DNA from: Candidatus Omnitrophota bacterium
Lineage (GTDB): Bacteria; Omnitrophota; Gorgyraeia; JABMRN01; RBG-13-46-9
Reading direction: 5' to 3'
DNA length: 64,000 bases
NCBI GenBank assembly: GCA_013203315.1
Contig: JABMQJ010000026.1
Coordinates: forward strand, 56,511 to 120,510
The notes under the pieces are model-generated. The model saw only the letters and a list, made by a program, of their open reading frames with translations. It had not been told where the DNA came from and did no database searches. A program made the translations under genes and the position numbers. Below, piece by piece: positions 54,102 to 61,500 of this stretch (the stretch's first letter is position 1; every line of letters begins with the position of its first letter).

Positions 54102-54132
54102 CGCTCTTTGCTCTTTGAAGAAACGAAATAAA

Positions 54133-54211
54133 AAACGTAGATCTTGCTCCTAAACGTAGAGGGGGCGAGAAAGAAACGTAGATCTTGCTCCTAAACGTAG
54201 AGGGGGCGAGA
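54133..54211 (+). repeat. Two identical 38-bp direct repeats (41-bp period), each forming a hairpin
   Basis: AAACGTAGATCTTGCTCCTAAACGTAGAGGGGGCGAGA at 54133 and 54174. Confidence 0.9.
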
Positions 54212-54265
54212 GGGTGTTTATGCTTGCGGGCTCTGCCAAGCAGCTAGTAGGTATAAGCATCATTT

Positions 54266-54325
54266 ACCGGTCCGGATCTCGGGTCCAGGATGCATCCTGA
54301 ACCCGAGTCTCGGATCGGTTTTTTT
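54266..54325 (+). terminator. Rho-independent terminator of giant gene 1
   Basis: Long GC stem ACCGGTCCG...CTCGGGT.CAGGA-TGCA-TCCTG.ACCCGAG...CGGATCGGT followed by a T run. Confidence 0.8.
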
Positions 54326-54428
54326 ATGGGGATATTGCTCACCTTTAATCATGTTAACTAAGGCATGACAGGTTAGCATATGTTAACCAACATATGTAAA
54401 GTTAACATAGATCATTGGGTGTTTTTAT

Positions 54429-54465
54429 TTGTCATAACCGCTTGCTGTATAATGAGTTATGACAA
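54429..54465. repeat. Spaced palindrome TTGTCATAAC-N17-GTTATGACAA
   Basis: Perfect 10-bp arms; second copy at 55363-55399. Confidence 0.8.
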
Positions 54466-54477
54466 TTGACGGAATGA

Positions 54478-54765
54478 TTAGCGATGAAATGATTCGAGTT
54501 TTTGTATGCGGTTTTCGTGATTAACCGTAACAGTATCAAGCTTATTTTCGATTCTATTTATTTTAATATCGAGATTGTCGAAATTATGTTTGATTTGTCG
54601 ACTATTATCAAGCACAGCCATTTCAATTGTGTCTAATCGTCGATTGATAGATCCGTGTCCTTCGGCAACGATTTTTATATCGGAGCCTAACTGTTCTAAT
54701 AATACCCTTGTTTCTCGTTCGGAATCGTATCTTCTTGTAGATCTTTTGATTGGCTTTTTCTTCAT
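54478..54765 (-). CDS. Small coiled-coil hypothetical protein
   Basis: ATG 54765 with GGAGGAG RBS, heptad pattern and its own promoter-like sequence upstream. Confidence 0.7.
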   Translation of the reverse strand: MKKKPIKRSTRRYDSERETRVLLEQLGSDIKIVAEGHGSINRRLDTIEMAVLDNSRQIKHNFDNLDIKINRIENKLDTVTVNHENRIQKLESFHR

Positions 54766-54793
54766 GCGCTCCTCCTCCAAGGCTTGAATTTTT

Positions 54794-54821
54794 ACTATAG
54801 CACTTTTTTTTATAAAATCAA
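54794..54821 (-). promoter_or_regulatory. Putative sigma70 promoter for 54478-54765
   Basis: Minus strand reads TTGATT-N16-TATAGT with an extended -10 TG. Confidence 0.5.
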
Positions 54822-54831
54822 CCTTTTTATT

Positions 54832-55275
54832 TTATGTTTTTTTACACATTTCACCTCTGCCTTTCTGCGCTCTGATATATGTGCGCATATTTTCTATTTC
54901 ATATTTACTGATTTCATTATATCCATATCGTCTCGCCCAGAAACTCTTTCGTTCATCCACAGGTTTCTGCCTGTGGAATTCTTCGTCGGAACGAAACTTT
55001 ATGAAACGTGGATTCCCCATGCGGAAGCATGAGGTTTCGTGTATTATCTTTGCCGATACGGATTTTAGTGTTCTGACTATTGCAGACAGTTCTTTTTTGT
55101 CGACAGCCTCTACTAGCATGTGTACATGATTTTTATCAGTTTGTAATTCTAATACTTTGTACTTATGTCTTTCGATACATTCTGTAAATATATCTTTGAC
55201 AAATTTATCTAATCGCCCCTCTAATATCGCTTTCCTGTACTTCGTCACAAACCAAATGTGGAAAAACATAAGCAC
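54832..55275 (-). mobile_element. tnpA: IS200/IS605-family Y1 (HUH) transposase, no tnpB
   Basis: HIWFVTKYR, DKNHVHMLV (HUH), LKSVSA, FWAR, TYIRAQ (catalytic Tyr). Likely start ATG 55269. Confidence 0.9.
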
Positions 55276-55362
55276 CCCTCATATATATAGACAACTGAAA
55301 GGGGTGTTTTGCTGCATGTTTCTTCAAATTTTTTTAAAATAGTTTCAAAAATGTACCAGTAG

Positions 55363-55399
55363 TTGTCATAACATGTTGTGTGGTAAGGTGTTACGACAA
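55363..55399. repeat. Spaced palindrome TTGTCATAAC-N17-GTTACGACAA
   Basis: Same arms (one mismatch) and same spacer length as 54429-54465. Confidence 0.8.
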
Positions 55400-55429
55400 A
55401 GTGAAACGTCCCCATCGGCTTCATATTTT

Positions 55430-55469
55430 TGAAATATTTTGGGGTTTTGGGGATTATATGTAGTAGAAG
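55430..55469 (+). promoter_or_regulatory. Conserved upstream motif of giant gene 2 (candidate ECF promoter)
   Basis: 33/40 identical to 4122-4161. Confidence 0.65.
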
Positions 55470-55559
55470 TACAGAAACTCAGGCTACAGACAATACTCTA
55501 TGCATTTTTTTTGGGAGGATTTTAAGACTATTTAAAAAGTAGAACTTGGGAGTTTTTAA

Positions 55560-58500
55560 GTGAACACTTGGCGGTCTTCACGAAAAGAAGATTTAATATT
55601 TCCAGAGCAATCCATTGAAGGTATGGCGGATTGGAAGAAACGCCATGCCTTTTTTATTAAAGTAATCGCTTGTATAATAATATTTGCATTTATATTGTTT
55701 GATATTACATGGGCACAAGGCGGAACCCCTCTCGGCAGTGGCGCAAACGCTGTAAAAGTAAACGGCAAAGTACATCCCGATGGAATTGTAATCCCGAACG
55801 ACGCAGGCTGGGCGCACGATTCGCACTTTACAGGAAGCGACGAATTCATATTTAACATACAGGACCCGCACGCGAGCCTCGCGGCGCAGCATTCAATCGT
55901 AAAGATTCTCGAATCCCTGACTGCAAACTATGACTTAAACCTGATCGCGCTTGAAGGCGCCGAGGGCCCAATTGACGTATCATTTTTACGAACCTTCCCT
56001 GACCCTGAAATCAAACGCCACGCGGCTGAATACTTGATGCGCGAAGGCCGGATGTCAGCGGGTGAATTCTACGCCATCGTATCGCAAAAACCGATAAAGC
56101 TTTATGGCATAGAAGATAGCAAGCTTTATCTTAAAAACGTCAAAGTCCTCACGAAGTTCATGGAATCAAGGCAAGGCTGCCTACCGCACATCGAAGGCGC
56201 ACTCACGGTCCTGGATACGCTTACCCCAAAGGTTTATTCCAAGGACCTTGAGAAGCTAGTAGAGACAGCCACGCTACATGGACAGAATAAGATCACGTTT
56301 GTTGCATATTGGGCTGTTATTTCATCACTTATACGCAAATATAATATTAATATAGACATATATAAGAACCTACCCACGCTATTAAGGGCAATTGAAATCG
56401 AAAAAACAATAAACAACAAGGAACTCAACAAGGAAAGAAAAGAGCTCCTTGATGAGCTTGCTGGCATTCTCGCAAAACCCGAACTCGAAATCCTCGTAAA
56501 GAAGTCCCTCGCTTACAAAACAGGCAAGATCTCCCAAAATGATTTTCATAAGTATGCCATGGAGCTTGCGGGGAAGAAGAATTTCGACTTAAGCAAATAT
56601 CCGAATCTTACAGCCTTTACCGATTACATCCTATCTTATGAAAATATAGATTTCATGCTGCTTTTCCGCGAGGTAGAACAAATTGAGACGCATCTAAGAG
56701 AAAGCCTATTCCGAAATGATGAAGAAATAGCCCTTTATAATTATACAAAAGCAGTACGCACCACAAAGAAGCTATTTGACATCGCGATAGGCAACGATGA
56801 CTATGACTTCATCCTGAACAAGAAAGAATACTTCCAAAATGACAAGTTAGGCGAATTCATAAGCAACGCCTATCAAAAGTACGGCCTTAAGCATGCAGGA
56901 AATTACAACATAGATCTCGTATTCAATAAGCTTGATGATGGCGCTGAGCTTTACAATGTAGCCCAAATGCGTAACGATGCCATGGTTTCAAACACAGTAA
57001 AAGCCATGCAGCTTAATAACGAAGGTGCTGCAGCACTCATAACCGGTGGTTTCCACTCAAAAGGCTTAGCAGAGCTTATACGCGAAAAGAAGCTTTCATA
57101 TTTAATCATAATGCCGAAATACGAAGGCGGGCACGAGAGGCCATACATAGCCGTTCTTACACAAAAGACTAAGCCCTATGATGAACTTCTCGAAACCGGC
57201 GAATACATGCTCGCGGTTAAGGCATTCTGCTGGGATAGCGACACAGACAAAATGGCGGATGTAATAATGAGAAACGCCGTAGATATGTACAAAAGGGGCC
57301 TGACAGATGAGAAAAAGATAGAGTTTGTAAGAAACCACTGTAAGGGATTTTTACCGCTTTTTGATCAGTACGAAGAGGCCAGAGCGCAGTGGATAGCAGA
57401 AATGGAAGAAAGAGCGCGCCTGGATCCCGGAAGAATGCCTAAAACGCCTGTTACAAAAAAGGACTTTTACGCCATATACGGAATAGAGGCGGATGCGGAA
57501 GGTAATCCTGAGCTGGATGAAACCGGCGAGATTAAAGTTCAACTGGAAAAGCAGCCATCGGTTGAACAGGTAACCGTAAATGGCACAGAGGTTTTCGTTG
57601 TAACTTACCAGCTAGGTAGCAGAAGATATACCGGCTGCTTCACAGTAGACAAAAAGGGTAATATAAACCTCCTCCGCGGCAATAAAGCGAGAGATGCTAA
57701 AGAACTCCTGGGCAAGAGAAAGGGAAAGAGGAGAATTGGCCTTGAAGGAATTGAAGCACCCGAAGTAGCACCCATCGTGCTTGAAGAAATTGATCTTAGC
57801 ACACCAAGAGAGATAAAAAAAATTAAGTTGCTCTTGGGAGAGGGCCTTGCCCAAGTAGATGAGGGAGCAAGAGAAGAGTTTGTTGCACAAACTGCTGACA
57901 GATTCAATAAACCCATAGAGTCAAAAAGCGATATACGAAGAGCCCACCGCGCTTTCACCCAGATAGCAAACAGAAAAGGTTACAACTTAGGAAAGATTGA
58001 TGAAGAAGGATTCACACAATCTATCCTCCCAATGATACAAGCAAAGATCGCAAGGGCGCCGGTATCAGAAGCGCCGCTATTAGCTAAACCGATTGCTAAG
58101 GCTATTGAGGTTGCAAAGACAACGGTTCCGGAAGAAGCCAGGGTATCGCTCCCCAAAACTACAATAGAAGTAACCGAAAAACCAGTAACGGTGCCCGTAG
58201 AGCAAACAGGAGCGCTTCCCGAAAAAATATTCGAAGAAGTCCCGGTAAAGGGTGTAATTGGAGTTTTAGCGTGGGATAAGGTGAAAGGTTTCTTTGGTAA
58301 ATTCATTTCTAAAGAAAGATATGAAAATTTAATTGTTCCGGCTCTCGAATTAGCATATCCGCTCCTTGGTCTCACGGCCTTATCGCTTATACAGCGAACA
58401 GGTTTTGTTGGGGTAGCAAGCCTTGCTCTATTTTCCTGGCCGGTAGTTATCGCGCTCATAGTAGTGGGCGTTCTTTTTGTCGGAAGTCACCCTAAAGCAG

Positions 58501-61500
58501 TGGGCGCTATAATCGAAAAGCTTACGGCCCGTGCGCCGTCGTATGATATCCAACCTCTTACCAAAGAGTTTACTCAAGACCCGCAATATAAAGACGCGCT
58601 TCACGCGCTGGTTAATACGCTCCCACATCCACCTGAAAATCCGGAGATGATGTTTGCTGATGCGTGGGAAGCCGGTGAAAACGACCAAGCCCAAGATCGA
58701 GAGTTTTACGCAAAGTGGGAACATAGTCTTGTGGTCTTAGATAAATCAGGCCAACCAATAGGGATGCTAGTAGCATATGAACGCCCTGCCGGAGAAAGGG
58801 AAGGATTAGATAATATATCTTTATTCATCCATGCTTTGGTTGTGAATCCGGATCATCAGAACGAAGGCATAGGCACAAAGTTGATGAAAACGGCAGCTGG
58901 GCATTTACAAAACACAGGTTTTACAGAACTTGAACAGGATTATGATGGCCATCCGTTAATGTCTTTGCAGGCAGGTACTCAGAATTTTGAGGTCCAAAGG
59001 TTATACGAAAGGTTAGGATTTAAACGCGTTGGAATGGCAGGAGACTATGCCCATGTGTATCAAACCGATGTTTCCGAGATAGCCCCATACTCTTTGAAAG
59101 ACGCAATCATACCAGCATCAATCGCAGGATTCCGGCTTGCACTCGCTCTTACTTTAGGACTTCTTCTCGGCCCGGGCCTAACAGCACTTATTACTTTCAT
59201 AGTTCTAGATTACACGTTCCACGCAGGCTTAAACACGCTCGCCGACTTTCTTAAAAGAGGTTACGGTGTAGAGTTGGCGAAAGGGGTATCAAGCGTATTC
59301 GAATTTCTTATCCATATAATAATTCGCCGCTGGACATCCTCAACACAAGTGCATCCGGAGTACCTTGATCCAGTTTTTGCCGCAAATAACATTGTGCCAT
59401 CGTTTAGTCCTTGGCTTTTTATGCCTGAAGGAGAAAGAACGGCTGGTGTTCCTTTGCCGCTTAGATTGCAGATCCAAAGCATAACCCCTGACCTCTATGA
59501 TAAACTTGCTGACCTTGGCCTACAAGACCGATACACAACCGTTCATTTAATGTCCGTACAGCCGGATGCTGATTCTCCGAAAGTTCAGCTCAATTTATGT
59601 GCTCCGGACAATGAAGTTAGGGCATTACTCGAAAATCCCATAATTTATGATACATTACGCAGGCTTGATATAAAAGGCCCTATAACATTACATCTTGGGT
59701 TTGGAATAGAAAGCTTCACAGAAGCGGCAGGCGTGCCTAGTGCAACATCTCCGGCGTTATCAGAAGAAGAAATTATGCGAAGGGTCGTGCAGAATGTGGA
59801 ATTGCTGAGACAAAAATTAGAAGAAAATGAATTTGGCGACAAGGAAATTCTTTTAGAAAATATTGCTTACTTCGAAGGCACCGAAACTGTAGTAAGACCT
59901 GATTTCATTCTAAAGGTAGCTGAGGCAGCCGGATGTGGTCTATTGGTAGACCTTGGGCATGTCATAATCAATGCTCAGCACTTCGTACAGGAACCTATCG
60001 AATATCTGCGAGAGCTAGTAAACCCAGAGACGATAGGATTAGTAGTAGAAGTGCACATATCCATTCCTGCCTATCGCGAAGGAACGCAAGATTTTGTGCA
60101 TGGCGGTTGGTACGGCACACCTTATGGTTCCTTCTCACAGGATACACCCGGATCGCAGGAAGTTAAGAGGCTTTTGCAATACATAGTTGGACTACGCAAG
60201 GCTACCAATACAGGCAGAGAGTTGGTAGTGAACTTCGAAACAGAAGATGATCTTTCAAGGCAGGATGTAGCTAAGCTAGCGGAAGTGTTAGAAGAAGAAG
60301 GCATAGGACCAGAAGGGCCAACCCTCACCACCCCCGCAAACCGCCAAAAAGCCATAGCCTACTACAAGGAAAGGCTCGGAGAAGATGCGTGGAATAACTT
60401 AAGTAAAACCCAACAGGAACAACTAATCGGCCAATACGCCGCAAAGAAAGAACGTAAAGACATATTCCGTGACCCCATAAAGTTCCTGAAAGAACACGAA
60501 AAAGTACCCCTAATACAAGGCATAATAAGAGCACTAGGCTTAATAGCAATACTCCTTGCTACATGGTCTCCTATATTAATACGTCCACTCATAAATAAAA
60601 GAACCTTCCTCCGCTACTCACTAACATTAAATACGAACTTCCACCGTCTCTATAACGACCTTGCTGTAAGATTTGGATGGGGGATGCTGGCAAAATCTAA
60701 AGATATTGGGGAACCCGGGCAACCGAAACTCGACATCACAGATATCGGAACACCTGGTACACACGCCTTAGACTATCAAAATCAGTATACAAGGCCTAGG
60801 ACTACCTATGCGAAGAATGTGGGAAGATTCACAGCGCTTACATATACAGGTAATGAATTTACAATAGCTGAAAAGGGCCAGAATGCAACAAATGCGGATA
60901 AAGCGTTTATGAATAGGATAATAGAGATTACGGATAATGCGCGGCTACAAAAGTTTATGCAGCAACACACCGAAGAGCTGGGTGATGTAAGAATATATCT
61001 TCTAGAACCCGCAGAAGAAAGGACCGCATTACACCCGCATTTTCTTACCGTAGTGGGTAAACAATTTGACATTGCCGGCGCAGGGACAAGCGGTGGGAAG
61101 GAACAAGCTGTTTATATGACAAGAGCGGCCTTCAACGATTTAGATGTGGAACTGCTTGCCGATATTTTGATCAACCAAATGACGCTTGCTATAGCGCGTT
61201 ATAGTACATGGCGCAGCGGCGTTGAATTTCTACCCGGTAATCCAAATAGTACAAAAGTAAGGGCTATCCTAGACCGGGTAAGAGCGGATGACATGATTAA
61301 AGCGGAATTAAAAAAAGTGCATCAATACGACATGGCGCTTGATAAAAAATACGCCATCGGGCCGAAAAAATACAATGAAGTAGTTGAGCTGCTGCAACTT
61401 ATAAAAACTAAGATGGGCGAATTCGCTCCGGCTATTACAAATTACCAAAGAGGACTTAGGTTTAAAGAGGCGCTAGAACAACATGATTATGACAGTGCAA

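Noticed and set aside
4464-54010. Many 60-360 aa minus-strand and off-frame ORFs inside giant gene 1 (e.g. 10019-11107, 19061-19852, 40364-41122)
   Set aside because: Ser/Phe/Leu-rich antisense shadows of an A-rich coding strand, with no recognisable motifs.
4269-54101. Giant ORF as NRPS/PKS, RTX/MARTX toxin or repeat adhesin
   Set aside because: I saw no A/C/KS/carrier motifs, GGxGxD nonapeptides or long Ig/cadherin arrays.
54133-54211. 38-bp repeats as a CRISPR array
   Set aside because: Only two copies, 3 nt apart, with no spacers and no cas genes.
54784-55342. Complete IS605 element with tnpB, and the + strand ORFs over tnpA
   Set aside because: No RuvC/zinc-finger ORF is adjacent. The + strand ORFs are short antisense frames, and element ends could not be defined.
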